Below are positions 1 to 8,817 of a DNA stretch of 64,000 nt, one piece after another. The stretch spans positions 13,379-77,378 of the forward strand of contig JAGVGJ010000003.1 in NCBI GenBank assembly GCA_020057115.1, written 5' to 3'. Position numbers and translations under genes: made by a program. The DNA is from Candidatus Omnitrophota bacterium (GTDB taxonomy: Bacteria > Omnitrophota > Gorgyraeia > 2-01-FULL-45-10). Position 1 is the stretch's first letter. Every line of letters starts with the position of its first letter. Below the pieces are notes generated by a model. That model saw only the letters and a list, made by a program, of their open reading frames with translations. It was not told the DNA's origin and did not search any database.

Positions 1-476
1 AAAAGTTCCTCGGAATATTCTATGTCAAGCGTCGCGAAGAAAGCCTTGATAACCTCTTTTGAATTCTCAAAATAGCGGACTTTGTCCTCCCCTGAAACGC
101 ACAGGAATACGCCTTTTCTCGTCTTGTGACGGGCCGACGTCCTCTTCAGGACATATTTTGATATCCAGGCATCCTGGAACCTGTCTATGAATGTTTTAAG
201 CTGGGCCGTTACGCTTGCGAAATATACGGGAGAAGCTATGATCACGCCATCGGCAAGATCGATCTGGGCGCGCACATCCGACAAGTCATCCGAAACTACG
301 CAAGCCCCCGTAGCGCTGCACTGGCCGCAATCCTGGCATGCTTCTACGCTCAACTCGTTCAGGACGATCTTTTCGACATGACAGCCTTCCGACCTTGCCC
401 CCTGGAGGGCGACATCGAGAAGGCTGTCACTTAAACCTTTATTGCGGGGGCTCCCGCCTATGCCGAGTATATACAT
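1..476 (-). CDS. NADPH-dependent FMN reductase / iron-sulfur flavoprotein (flavodoxin-like), 3' part runs off window
   Basis: Minus-strand translation from ATG at 474-476: MYILGIGGSPRNKGLSDSLLDVALQGARSEGCHVEKIVLNELSVEACQDCGQCSATGAC...PVYFASVTAQLKTFIDRF; typical NADPH-dependent FMN reductase fold with CxxCxxC insert. Not in ORF track because truncated at the edge. Confidence 0.6.
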   Translation of the reverse strand, partial: MYILGIGGSPRNKGLSDSLLDVALQGARSEGCHVEKIVLNELSVEACQDCGQCSATGACVVSDDLSDVRAQIDLADGVIIASPVYFASVTAQLKTFIDRFQDAWISKYVLKRTSARHKTRKGVFLCVSGEDKVRYFENSKEVIKAFFATLDIEYSEEL

Positions 477-484
477 CTAAGGCG

Positions 485-664
485 CTATGCTACCGCTATT
501 GCCGTTACCGGGCACTGGTCAGCTACTTCCTTGAGATCGCAGCCGCAACTATTGGCCAGGACATGCGCCAGGTTATCATCTCCCATCTCGAAACAATCCG
601 GGCAGTTAGCGGCGCAAAGCCCGCAACCGGTGCAGAGCGACTCATCTATCGTTATCTTTGCCAT
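485..664 (-). CDS. small 4Fe-4S ferredoxin (about 59 aa)
   Basis: Hand translation MAKITIDESLCTGCGLCAANCPDCFEMGDDNLAHVLANSCGCDLKEVADQCPVTAIAVA; CxxCxxC...CP motifs. Below ORF-track size cut-off. Tightly packed between the flanking minus-strand genes. Confidence 0.55.
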   Translation of the reverse strand: MAKITIDESLCTGCGLCAANCPDCFEMGDDNLAHVLANSCGCDLKEVADQCPVTAIAVA

Positions 665-925
665 CTATTTACTCTCCTTTTTATTTTTTATGTTAAGCCC
701 CACGGACCTAGCCAGCCTGCGGAACTCCCTTTCATCTATTTCGTCAAGGGTCTTCTTCAGCCGGTCGAGCTTCCGGTTGAACTCCAATACCTTGGCCTGC
801 ATGATCTCGTGAGTCTCTTCGGATCCTCCGAAAATACGGAAGTTATTACCCTTCGTAACCCTTATATGCCCGTCCTTGGAATCGAAACCAAGGCCAAGAA
901 GTATCTTTTTTGATATCCTGTTCAT
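665..925 (-). CDS. hypothetical small protein (86 aa)
   Basis: ORF track; no family recognised with confidence; same operon as the ferredoxin and FMN reductase. Confidence 0.35.
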   Translation of the reverse strand: MNRISKKILLGLGFDSKDGHIRVTKGNNFRIFGGSEETHEIMQAKVLEFNRKLDRLKKTLDEIDEREFRRLARSVGLNIKNKKESK

Positions 926-944
926 TATGTTTCTATTTCATCCT

Positions 945-1367
945 TTATATGATCTTATAAACGGTGTCGCCCTGCCTTGCTCGTGACTTTACCAAGAGAC
1001 CTATCTCCTGGCCCTTTACAGCCTCAGGAATAGGCTTGCGATCGAATTGTATAGATGCTACAGGCTCCCTAAAATCCGTGGTATGCCCTTTTACATACAC
1101 CTCATCGCCGACTTTCAATCCGCCCTTTAACATCTTCACGGCAGCGGCATTGACATGAGGGAAATAATGGGTGACCACGCCGATCTTCTCGAGGTTCTTC
1201 TCGAGACCGGCCGGCAGTTTCAGCTTCGGCTTCTTTGCAGCCGATTTTTTGGCAACCGCCTTTTTTGCCTTCGGGCTCCCGACTTTAGCCTTTGGCCTTT
1301 TTACGGGTTTCTTAACGGACTTCTTTACGGCCTTCTTAGACTTTGACTTAGCTTTCTTCGTTACCAT
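945..1367 (-). CDS. Lys/Ala-rich histone-H1-like protein fused to an EF-Tu-domain-2-like beta-barrel
   Basis: Start trimmed to internal Met (MVTKKAKSKSKK...) preceded by a GGAGGG RBS. N-terminal KAKK/AKK repeats. C-terminal GVVTHYF...LKVGDEVYVKG resembles the translation-factor domain-2 barrel. Confidence 0.5.
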   Translation of the reverse strand: MVTKKAKSKSKKAVKKSVKKPVKRPKAKVGSPKAKKAVAKKSAAKKPKLKLPAGLEKNLEKIGVVTHYFPHVNAAAVKMLKGGLKVGDEVYVKGHTTDFREPVASIQFDRKPIPEAVKGQEIGLLVKSRARQGDTVYKII

Positions 1368-1434
1368 AAGTCTGCCCTCCCATATTGTATTGTACTGAAA
1401 TTTTGATATATTATAGTATTGCCCATGACCATTA

Positions 1435-2091
1435 TCAAGATAATTCAAGGCGCCCGAGGGGGCAGTCCACGCAATCCGGTTTCTTCCTGCAGTGTTTTTT
1501 GGCAAGCCTGACTATTAAAGCGTGATATTCATTATAGACTTTAGCGTCGGGCCCGACCCGGTCGGAGAAGAATTTCTGGACATAATGATAGTCGGCCGTC
1601 TCCTTAAAAAGGCCGTGCCTTGAAAATATCCGTTTTGTATAAGCGTCAACGACGAAGACAGGCCTGTTGAACGCGTATAGCATGATCGAGTCGCATGTCT
1701 CCGGGCCTATGCCGTTTACAGATAACAGCTCCCGCCTTAAAGTGACCGTGGGAGTCTTTGCCATGCTCGCCAGGCTGCCCCCGTATCCGGAGAAGAGCAT
1801 CGCGATAAAATTCTTCAGTCTCTCTGTTTTTATATTGTAATAACCGGCTGGCCTGATAAGAGAGGCCAGCGTCTTTTTGCCGGCCTTTTTCATCGCTTCC
1901 GGAGTAAGGATGCGCTCTCTTTTAAGATTAGCTATCGCCTTTTCGACGTTTGTCCATGCCGTATTCTGGGTGAGTATGGCCCCGACGATGATCTCAAATC
2001 GAGTGTCGCCGGGCCACCAGTCTTGAGGGCCGTAAGCTTCATAGAGCCTGTCGTACGCGGCTCTTACGGTTTTATCCGAAGAACTCCTCAT
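1435..2091 (-). CDS. endonuclease III family HhH-GPD DNA glycosylase (MagIII-like) with C-terminal Cys cluster
   Basis: HhH-GPD motifs (LLSVNGIGPETCDSIMLYAF, VVDAYTKRI) and C-terminal CRKKPDCVDCPL. Confidence 0.75.
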   Translation of the reverse strand: MRSSSDKTVRAAYDRLYEAYGPQDWWPGDTRFEIIVGAILTQNTAWTNVEKAIANLKRERILTPEAMKKAGKKTLASLIRPAGYYNIKTERLKNFIAMLFSGYGGSLASMAKTPTVTLRRELLSVNGIGPETCDSIMLYAFNRPVFVVDAYTKRIFSRHGLFKETADYHYVQKFFSDRVGPDAKVYNEYHALIVRLAKKHCRKKPDCVDCPLGRLELS

Positions 2092-2866
2092 CGGTGTCTT
2101 TCGCCTTGCAGATGCCCCTCTTGGAGCTTTCGATGAAATCGACGAGATGGTCTATCTCCGGCGAATGCGGCAGCTTTTTTATCTGGTCAAGCGCACTCGC
2201 GGTATTGAGATCCGATACATATATGAGCCTGAAGGCCTCTTTAAGGTCCCTCATCGTCTCGCGCGCTATCTTGGCCCGGCGCAAGCCTACAAGATTAAGG
2301 GATCTTACCACCGACGGGCCGCGCACAAGCATGAACGGCGGGACGTCTTTATTGATCCCCGTAAAGCCGCCTACCATGGAGAGCTTTCCGATGCGGCAGA
2401 ACTGGTGTATCACGACATTGCCAGATATGAATGCCATGTCTCCTACCAGGACATAGCCGGCCAGGAGCGCGCCGTTAGCTACTATGACACGGTTGCCGAT
2501 CTCGCAATTGTGGCCCACGTGAGACATCGCCATGAGATAACAGTCGTCTCCTATCACGGTAGTCGTGCCTTCCTTCGTGCCCCTGTGTATGGTGACATAT
2601 TCTCTTATGACGTTTCGCTTTCCTATCTTTACGAATGTGGGCTTATTCTCAAAAGCGAGGTCCTGAGGGGTGTTGCCTATGACCGCTCCCATATGGACGC
2701 ATGTCCCCTCGCCTATCGTCGTGCCGGTCAATACGTGCGCGTGCGCGCCTATCTTCACGTTCGCTCCGAGCTCAACGCCATCTTCGATTATGGCGAATGG
2801 CGCTATCTCGACGCCGGCGCCTATCTTTGCCTTTTTACTCACTACCGCAAGTTCACTTACGCTCAT
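2072..2866 (-). CDS. lpxA: acyl-ACP--UDP-N-acetylglucosamine O-acyltransferase
   Basis: Left-handed beta-helix hexapeptide repeats throughout; length and C-terminal helical domain typical of LpxA. Confidence 0.88.
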   Translation of the reverse strand: MSVSELAVVSKKAKIGAGVEIAPFAIIEDGVELGANVKIGAHAHVLTGTTIGEGTCVHMGAVIGNTPQDLAFENKPTFVKIGKRNVIREYVTIHRGTKEGTTTVIGDDCYLMAMSHVGHNCEIGNRVIVANGALLAGYVLVGDMAFISGNVVIHQFCRIGKLSMVGGFTGINKDVPPFMLVRGPSVVRSLNLVGLRRAKIARETMRDLKEAFRLIYVSDLNTASALDQIKKLPHSPEIDHLVDFIESSKRGICKAKDTDEEFFG

Positions 2867-3333
2867 TTAGACCTTCCTTCGCTCGCTTTGGCCAGCAACT
2901 TGTTTATCGCATCCGCTATCCTGCGGATATCATCATGCTTCCTTACCCTGATGCGCCTGTGAAAATCTCCGGCCGCAGCTATCTCCTCGACCTCTCTCTG
3001 GAGCCTTTCAAGCGGCCCGGCTATCCTGTGCGAAATAATGGCTCCCCATACAAAGAGTAATGCCAAAAGAAGCGGAGAAACCACCAGGAGGATCGCGTTT
3101 ATCTTGTTTATGACAGGCACGAGATTTATCGCGATATACTCCGGGATGCCGAGCTGTTCCGCCATGATATTAAATATTAAAAAATATAGACATCCTCCGA
3201 CGAGAATGAGCGGGACCAGCATCGATACCATGAGAAACGCGAGTATCTTCAGTTGGACAGGCTCACCTGCCAATAACAGTTTCTTCCTTTTTATCGGTTT
3301 TCTCAAGTTCTTTCCCTCCCTGGTATTGGCCAT
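2863..3333 (-). CDS. membrane protein with HAMP domain (2 TM + HAMP, no output domain)
   Basis: Two hydrophobic segments then HAMP-like helix (HRIAGPLERLQREVEEIAAAGDF); 4-bp overlap with lpxA start. Confidence 0.5.
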   Translation of the reverse strand: MANTREGKNLRKPIKRKKLLLAGEPVQLKILAFLMVSMLVPLILVGGCLYFLIFNIMAEQLGIPEYIAINLVPVINKINAILLVVSPLLLALLFVWGAIISHRIAGPLERLQREVEEIAAAGDFHRRIRVRKHDDIRRIADAINKLLAKASEGRSK

Positions 3334-4180
3334 TCTTCATGCCATCCTCTTTGTATCCCAGTCTTATGTCATCATACATCGACACGGCGCTCGTGCCGGT
3401 ATGTTCCGCATTAGTCATGAATGCCACAGCTCCGACATTCTTCTCAGGCTTCCTGCCGAATACCTTTATATAATCCGCGACTATATCCCTCTCTTCGGAG
3501 AACCACTTCTTGTCCGGGTTAGGGCCGGACCTAACCACTATTATCTTTATATTCTTCGAGTAAGGGCTTGTCCCTGTCTCGCCCGCTGGAACGTTCTCCG
3601 TCCATATATACTCGAGGACTTTATAGTTCAGGATAAAATTTGCCGGGAATATGACATAGACCCTGGCCGCGAAATCGCTCTCATCCTCGGTCTCCAAGCT
3701 CTCTTTATGTTTTTTGACCGGGAATTCTTCTACATTCCACTTCCAGCTTATAATAGGGTTCTTCGTTTTTGCATTAAGCTCTATCTTATAATATAAAGCG
3801 GATGCGCTCGCCTTGGAGGTGGCCCTCACATAATCGATGCTCTTGTCCTTCTCTACCTCGTATACAACCCTGCCCTTAAATACCTTCTCCTCCCATTCTT
3901 TGAGAGCGCTTTCCTGGGAGAATGGGAATAACTTTACAAGGCTCACCTTATACTTCTCTATCTCTCTAAGCTTCGCCTGACCGAACTTCTCTATATGTCT
4001 CTTATATACTCCTGGCATCTCAAGGATAGCCTTATGAAAGCCGTCCTTTTGTAAACGCGATAATATGCCCGGGGCAAGGAATACTATGGCCAGGATGATG
4101 GCCGATATGAGGATCCTTATAGGATTATTTATATAATAGTGGCGTCTCTTCATATAGGGTGATTTGTAAAATTTTACCAT
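3263..4180 (-). CDS. membrane-anchored DUF3047-like protein
   Basis: N-terminal TM then about 250-aa domain; family assignment tentative and from memory. Confidence 0.4.
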   Translation of the reverse strand: MVKFYKSPYMKRRHYYINNPIRILISAIILAIVFLAPGILSRLQKDGFHKAILEMPGVYKRHIEKFGQAKLREIEKYKVSLVKLFPFSQESALKEWEEKVFKGRVVYEVEKDKSIDYVRATSKASASALYYKIELNAKTKNPIISWKWNVEEFPVKKHKESLETEDESDFAARVYVIFPANFILNYKVLEYIWTENVPAGETGTSPYSKNIKIIVVRSGPNPDKKWFSEERDIVADYIKVFGRKPEKNVGAVAFMTNAEHTGTSAVSMYDDIRLGYKEDGMKNGQYQGGKELEKTDKKEETVIGR

Positions 4181-4200
4181 GCCCTAGGGCCGATGGCAAT

Positions 4201-4247
4201 AAAAAACCCGCCCCCTTTTAGAGAGGGCGGGTTTTTTACAAGTAACT
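4201..4247. terminator. bidirectional Rho-independent terminator
   Basis: AAAAAACCCGCCCCCTTTTAGAGAGGGCGGGTTTTTT: GC stem flanked by A-tract and T-tract, immediately after the porin gene. Confidence 0.75.
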
Positions 4248-4250
4248 TCG

Positions 4251-5780
4251 TTAGAAGTTAACCGTTACTGAACCAACGAGATCCGTGGCTGTGGCATCAT
4301 TGTTGCCATAGTACACGTGTGCTCCAGGCATAAAGAAAGCCCCGAGGACGCTAAAGGTCACGTCTTCGGTATATGCCCAATCAGCGCTCAGATCTATTTC
4401 CTGGCCGATCAATCCGCCGTACTTATTGGCAGAGCTGCCGGGAGAAGAGTTTGAGGTCCTGATGACATAATCTTCATATGTCCAGAACAGGTTATAGTTA
4501 CCTCTTATCGTCAAGCTCTCGAGCGGCTGTATGCTGGCAGAGAATATTAACTGATTTTGATTGGTGAACGATGCATCGGCTGTCGGAGCATAGAAATCTG
4601 CTGTTGTCCGATAGTCGTACGTCGCATAGTATCTGCCAACCCATTCACGGATATGTGAATCGAATTTACCTCTGTACATCGGATCCCATCCGGCATAAGC
4701 CGTGCCATCGTTATTACCATTGGCATCATCCCTGTTACCGGAATATAGGATATACTCTGCTCCGAGTTTCGGTTTCCATGAGCATTTGTCCATGAAATAC
4801 CTCCACTCAGCGGCTAGGTCAAGCGCCCATGCAGAGCGGCTTCTGAGAGTCGTCTGCTGGGTTGCTCCAACGTAGCTTCCGAACTGATAAGCGACTTCAC
4901 CCGATATCGTCACTACATCGATAGGGTCAAAGCTGCCTCTTATACCTACTGTGTTAACGTTATTGTCGCCCTTTGCAACCCATCTCTCAACCTGGGAATC
5001 CTGCTTAAGGAACCAATAACCTTCAGCCTCAGCCTTATAGGCATCGAACTTATAACCAACGTTCACGCCGTAGAGGTTGACATCATCATCATCGCCGGTA
5101 GCATTTTCCCATATCTTGGAATAAATGCCGGTGATCGTCCATGGATCATAATCGAGGACTACCTTCACGGCATCAAACGCATGCATCTTCGACTGCTCAG
5201 GAGCAGTAAGGTTTAAGCTGCTGGTGTTGTCGAGATTAGCGCCGACGATGAAACCCTTACCGAGCCAAAGGTTCTGGCGTCCGATCGTCACTGTGAGCGG
5301 TGAATAGATGAAGTCTTTGAGAGTTACGTAAGCAAGCTCAAGCTCGACATCGAACTCATTACCGTTCGTGCCGTAAGCGCCGGCCTGGAAGCCCTGAGGG
5401 GTGTTGCCACCGGGGCCATTGATAGCTGAACCGACATTATAAGTCTTCGCTCTTACATTCCAATCTCTCTCATTGAGCAGTCTGATGACGGTCTGGACAT
5501 TGTCCGTGAGGTCCGCATCTATCTGCACTTCAGTCGTAGACATGAACCAAGAATTGTCATTACGCTGTTCCGGAACGCCGGTATCAGCCGTCATGCCATT
5601 CCTTGATCCGTTAAGAACTATGTCTGACTCAGGTGATGATGTTCTCAGCTCATAGTTGCTCCTGCCGATCCCTGTGATAGAGAGATCGCCGCTAACTTTT
5701 ACGCTTTGGGTCTCGGCGTATACGCTTGCTGTTACCAGTAGCGCTAACGCTATGATCCCAAGGATTCTAAAAAACTTCAT
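4251..5780 (-). CDS. outer-membrane beta-barrel protein (putative porin)
   Basis: Signal peptide MKFFRILGIIALALLVTASVYA, alternating amphipathic strands, C-terminal ...VTVNF (terminal Phe). Confidence 0.6.
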   Translation of the reverse strand: MKFFRILGIIALALLVTASVYAETQSVKVSGDLSITGIGRSNYELRTSSPESDIVLNGSRNGMTADTGVPEQRNDNSWFMSTTEVQIDADLTDNVQTVIRLLNERDWNVRAKTYNVGSAINGPGGNTPQGFQAGAYGTNGNEFDVELELAYVTLKDFIYSPLTVTIGRQNLWLGKGFIVGANLDNTSSLNLTAPEQSKMHAFDAVKVVLDYDPWTITGIYSKIWENATGDDDDVNLYGVNVGYKFDAYKAEAEGYWFLKQDSQVERWVAKGDNNVNTVGIRGSFDPIDVVTISGEVAYQFGSYVGATQQTTLRSRSAWALDLAAEWRYFMDKCSWKPKLGAEYILYSGNRDDANGNNDGTAYAGWDPMYRGKFDSHIREWVGRYYATYDYRTTADFYAPTADASFTNQNQLIFSASIQPLESLTIRGNYNLFWTYEDYVIRTSNSSPGSSANKYGGLIGQEIDLSADWAYTEDVTFSVLGAFFMPGAHVYYGNNDATATDLVGSVTVNF

Positions 5781-6015
5781 GCTGCCTCCTTTTAGGATTT
5801 ATGAATTATAGATACTTCTTATATTTGTAAAGCTTGGGCTTTCTTCTTTAGCGATATTCAACGTTGCGGCCCTTGCTTAATATATATTCATGCTTTATAT
5901 CTATAACGCCACGTCTTGACAACTTAGAACTGCTGGGTTCCACCACCTCCTTTTTCGTCATGATTTAAGTCGTCTATGGTGTTATAGCCGAACTGACTTT
6001 TGTCAGTTAACAAAA

Positions 6016-6043
6016 AGTATACCACAAAGCTAGCTTTTGTCAA
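6016..6043 (-). promoter_or_regulatory. sigma-70-type promoter (TTGACA-16-TATACT on minus strand) ahead of porin gene
   Basis: Forward agtata (6016-6021) and tgtcaa (6038-6043); gives a leader of about 230 nt. Confidence 0.35.
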
Positions 6044-6088
6044 GGGTAGTTTATTATTTTTATGATTGATATTTAATTGTATTAACGA

Positions 6089-6739
6089 TTAAGATAAACA
6101 GGCAGAAACAAGTTTTGCGGAATTATTATATACCTTCTTTATACTGGCGTTGTCAAGGCCGAGGTTCTTAAGGAAGCGGCCTGCCTGGGCATCGGATATC
6201 AGGTTCTCAGGGCCATGGGAGTCGGTATTAAGCACAAGTTTAGCCCCTATCCGGCTTGCCAGCCTATAAACATGCTTATTAGTGATGCTATGGCTCTTCC
6301 TTGTGGTAAGCTCCAGGCATACCCCCAGCTTTTTGGCCAAGGAGACATCCTCTTTTGTGATATGCCCGGGGTGAGACAATATGTCGCAGCGCGCTTCAAT
6401 GGCTGCCCTGTTCGTTCCTTTGATCACAGGCTCTGAAACCGTCTCACCATGGACGACCACGATCTTCGCGCCGAGTTTTCGAGCGAGCTTTACAAGCCCT
6501 TTGATCTCCTGGACCGGCGCGTGAGTGATCTCAACGCCCGGGATAGCCCTAATCTTCCAATATTTATTGAGAATTTTACAGACCTTGGCAAGGCGAGGAA
6601 CGATAAGATCGATATTTGAAGAATCCGCATGGTCTGCAAGCGCAATCGCCTTATAGCCGATAACCTCGGCTCGCCGCACGAGCTCGCTGGGGAGCAATTC
6701 TCCATCAGAGAAAAGCGTGTGTGTGTGCAAGTCGATCAT
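6089..6739 (-). CDS. PHP-family metal-dependent phosphoesterase
   Basis: MIDLHTHTLFSDGELLP...ALADHAD...VHGETV...NTDSHGP His/Asp motifs of PHP domain. Confidence 0.7.
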   Translation of the reverse strand: MIDLHTHTLFSDGELLPSELVRRAEVIGYKAIALADHADSSNIDLIVPRLAKVCKILNKYWKIRAIPGVEITHAPVQEIKGLVKLARKLGAKIVVVHGETVSEPVIKGTNRAAIEARCDILSHPGHITKEDVSLAKKLGVCLELTTRKSHSITNKHVYRLASRIGAKLVLNTDSHGPENLISDAQAGRFLKNLGLDNASIKKVYNNSAKLVSACLS

Positions 6740-6759
6740 TGGCGTAAGCTCCTTATTAC

Positions 6760-6836
6760 TGGCGCCCCCGGCCTGAGTCGAACAGGCGACACCAGGTTTA
6801 GGAAACCTGTGCTCTATCCATCTGAGCTACGGGGGC
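6760..6836 (-). tRNA. tRNA-Arg (anticodon CCT)
   Basis: Cloverleaf by hand: acceptor GCCCCCG/CGGGGGC, anticodon stem CAGGU/ACCUG, loop UUCCUAA, T-loop UUCGACU, encoded CCA. Confidence 0.85.
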
Positions 6837-6883
6837 GACGGATAAACGAATGCTGATTATAGCAATATTTATCAGGCATGTAA

Positions 6884-6928
6884 ATAAAAAAGGGATAGCT
6901 CTCGAAAGAACCGTCCCTTTATTATTTA
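6884..6928. terminator. Rho-independent terminator after small secreted-protein gene
   Basis: A-tract, GGGA...UCCC stem, T-tract. Confidence 0.4.
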
Positions 6929-6940
6929 TGTATCCGTGCC

Positions 6941-7228
6941 TTATTTCGTGCTCACGTTCGTGCGCAGCGTCTGGGCCTTGGCCTTTGCAGAACCTTCAGC
7001 AATACCATCGCTCATATTCTGAAAATGGCTTGTGGTCGGAATTTTCGGGCCGCTGAACGTAACGACCTTGTTCTTCTCTTTTCCGGGACCGAGTGTCATG
7101 GAATCCGCCATCTTCTGGAATAGCGAACCTTCTTTTGAGCCTTCGCACTTGCCGCAGCTTGCGAAAGCCGGAACTGCGAACGCAACTACCACTGCTACTA
7201 CCAATACCAACAATGCTATCTTCCTCAT
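6941..7228 (-). CDS. small secreted protein (signal peptide, 95 aa)
   Basis: MRKIALLVLVVAVVVAFAVPAFA signal; GGAGGAAG RBS. Confidence 0.5.
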   Translation of the reverse strand: MRKIALLVLVVAVVVAFAVPAFASCGKCEGSKEGSLFQKMADSMTLGPGKEKNKVVTFSGPKIPTTSHFQNMSDGIAEGSAKAKAQTLRTNVSTK

Positions 7229-7292
7229 GCTACTTCCTCCTTTTAGGTTAGTGCCATTTATTTATAATAAATGCCTGCCCTTATTGCTGTAA

Positions 7293-7323
7293 AGTATACC
7301 CGTAAATTGCCACTTTTGTCAAC
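7293..7323 (-). promoter_or_regulatory. sigma-70 promoter TTGACA-17-TATACT for small secreted-protein gene
   Basis: Minus strand TTGACAaaagtggcaatttacgggTATACT. Confidence 0.5.
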
Positions 7324-7352
7324 TTATAGTTAAAAAAGAGCTGGCGATCCTA

Positions 7353-7877
7353 TCAACAATACTCATCTTTTATGAGCGAAAGGATGGGATAGCCTTTTAA
7401 TTTCTCGCGCCCTTTTAACGGAACGAGTTCGATGACGAATGCGATGCCGATGACCTCGCCGCCTAACTTTTTGACTAGCTCTATGACGGCGGCAGTCGTG
7501 CCGCCTGTTGCGAGAAGATCGTCAACGATAAGGACCTTCGCGCCCTTCTTGAACGCATCCTCGTGCATCTCGAGGGTATCTGTGCCGTATTCAAGCTGGT
7601 ATGTCGCCGAGCAAGTCTTATGGGGAAGTTTCCCTTTTTTTCTTACAGGCACGACCCCTACTCCGAGATTATAAGCGACCGCGGCTCCGAACAGGAACCC
7701 GCGCGACTCTACGCTCAACACCGCATCGACCTTCTTATTCTTATATTCGGAGACTATCCTGTCAACGGCTTCTTTGAATGCAGGCCCTTCCTTTAATAAT
7801 GTGGTAATATCTTTGAATATTATCCCCTTTTTAGGAAAATCGGGAATGTCGCGAATATAGGTCTTAAGATCTGTCAT
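7353..7877 (-). CDS. apt: adenine phosphoribosyltransferase
   Basis: PRTase motif [13 protein letters not shown], length 174 aa. Confidence 0.9.
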   Translation of the reverse strand: MTDLKTYIRDIPDFPKKGIIFKDITTLLKEGPAFKEAVDRIVSEYKNKKVDAVLSVESRGFLFGAAVAYNLGVGVVPVRKKGKLPHKTCSATYQLEYGTDTLEMHEDAFKKGAKVLIVDDLLATGGTTAAVIELVKKLGGEVIGIAFVIELVPLKGREKLKGYPILSLIKDEYC

Positions 7878-8725
7878 TTGGCATGCCCTTTCTTCGCAGA
7901 TTTTACCGCCATGGCGGCGCCCTTCTCCTGCTGGAGCATCAGCTCCCGCATCTTCTTCATTGCGGCGGACTCGATCTGCCGCACCCTCTCCCTTGTTATC
8001 CCGAAATGCTTCGCAGTATCTCTCAATGTATGGGTCGTGCCGTCTTTCAGGCCGAACCTCAAGCTCAATATCTTCTTCTCGCGCTTCGTCATCTTCTCGA
8101 GGAGAGCCTTTATCCTCTCCTGCATAAGGAAGTTCGAAAGTCCGTCCACCGCGGAGACCATGTTCTCGTCTTCGATAAGATTAATGAACTCCGTCGACTC
8201 ATCCTCTCCGACGGGCGCATTCAGGCTCGATATCCCGGTGACCATCCTTGACAACTGCCTGACGCGCTTTACCGGAAGCTTCATGCGTTTAGCGACCTCG
8301 CTGATGCGGGGCTTTCTCTTGCGATGCAGCGTTAGGGCGTCGGTCACCTTCTTGTAGCGCATAAGAAGCTCTATGACATATACGGGAATGCGGACTGTCT
8401 TGCCCTGGTTCGCTATCGCTCTTGATATATACTGCCTTATCCACCAGGCGGCGTACGTGGAGAAGCGGTATCGCCTCTTGGGATTGAACTTCTCGACGGC
8501 CTTCATAAGGCCGAGGTTCCCCTCTTCGATAAGGTCGAGCATCGACACGCCAAGATGCGAATACTTCTTCGCGATATTGATGACGAGCCTCAAGTTAGAC
8601 TGTATCATCCTCACGCGGGCCGCCTTGTCGCCCCTCTTGATCTTATTCGCCAGCATTATCTCTTCTTCAGCCGTCAGAAGAGGGAGCTTCTTTATGTCGT
8701 CTAGATAGAGCCTGATAGCGTCCAT
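7874..8725 (-). CDS. RNA polymerase sigma factor, sigma-70 family (RpoD/RpoS-like, regions 2-4 only)
   Basis: Region 2 ([14 protein letters not shown]) and region 4 HTH ([20 protein letters not shown]). Confidence 0.85.
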   Translation of the reverse strand: MDAIRLYLDDIKKLPLLTAEEEIMLANKIKRGDKAARVRMIQSNLRLVINIAKKYSHLGVSMLDLIEEGNLGLMKAVEKFNPKRRYRFSTYAAWWIRQYISRAIANQGKTVRIPVYVIELLMRYKKVTDALTLHRKRKPRISEVAKRMKLPVKRVRQLSRMVTGISSLNAPVGEDESTEFINLIEDENMVSAVDGLSNFLMQERIKALLEKMTKREKKILSLRFGLKDGTTHTLRDTAKHFGITRERVRQIESAAMKKMRELMLQQEKGAAMAVKSAKKGHAK

Positions 8726-8740
8726 AGCGTGATACCTTTA

Positions 8741-8810
8741 TAGGGTCTAGGGGCCTGGGTCCGGGGTCCAGTAAAATTTTTCTGGACCCTTGACCCTGGA
8801 CCCTTGCCCC
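8741..8810. repeat. GGGTCCA/GGGNCAA heptamer-based inverted repeat element (family copy 1)
   Basis: gggtccggggtccag-taaaattttt-ctggacccttgaccctggaccc. Confidence 0.7.
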
Positions 8811-8817
8811 TTTTGTA

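Noticed and set aside
338-913. Plus-strand 191-aa ORF and many other antisense ORFs (e.g. 9764-10522, 17325-17921, 28286-28843, 35505-36296, 53542-54222)
   Set aside because: These are shadow ORFs on the strand opposite well-supported conserved genes. Their low-complexity Ser/Pro/Ala-rich translations are typical of GC-rich antisense frames.
945-1505. Full 186-aa ORF with TTG start
   Set aside because: The first 46 codons overlap the 3' end of the endonuclease III gene and lack an RBS. An internal ATG with GGAGGG RBS gives a clean 140-aa product.
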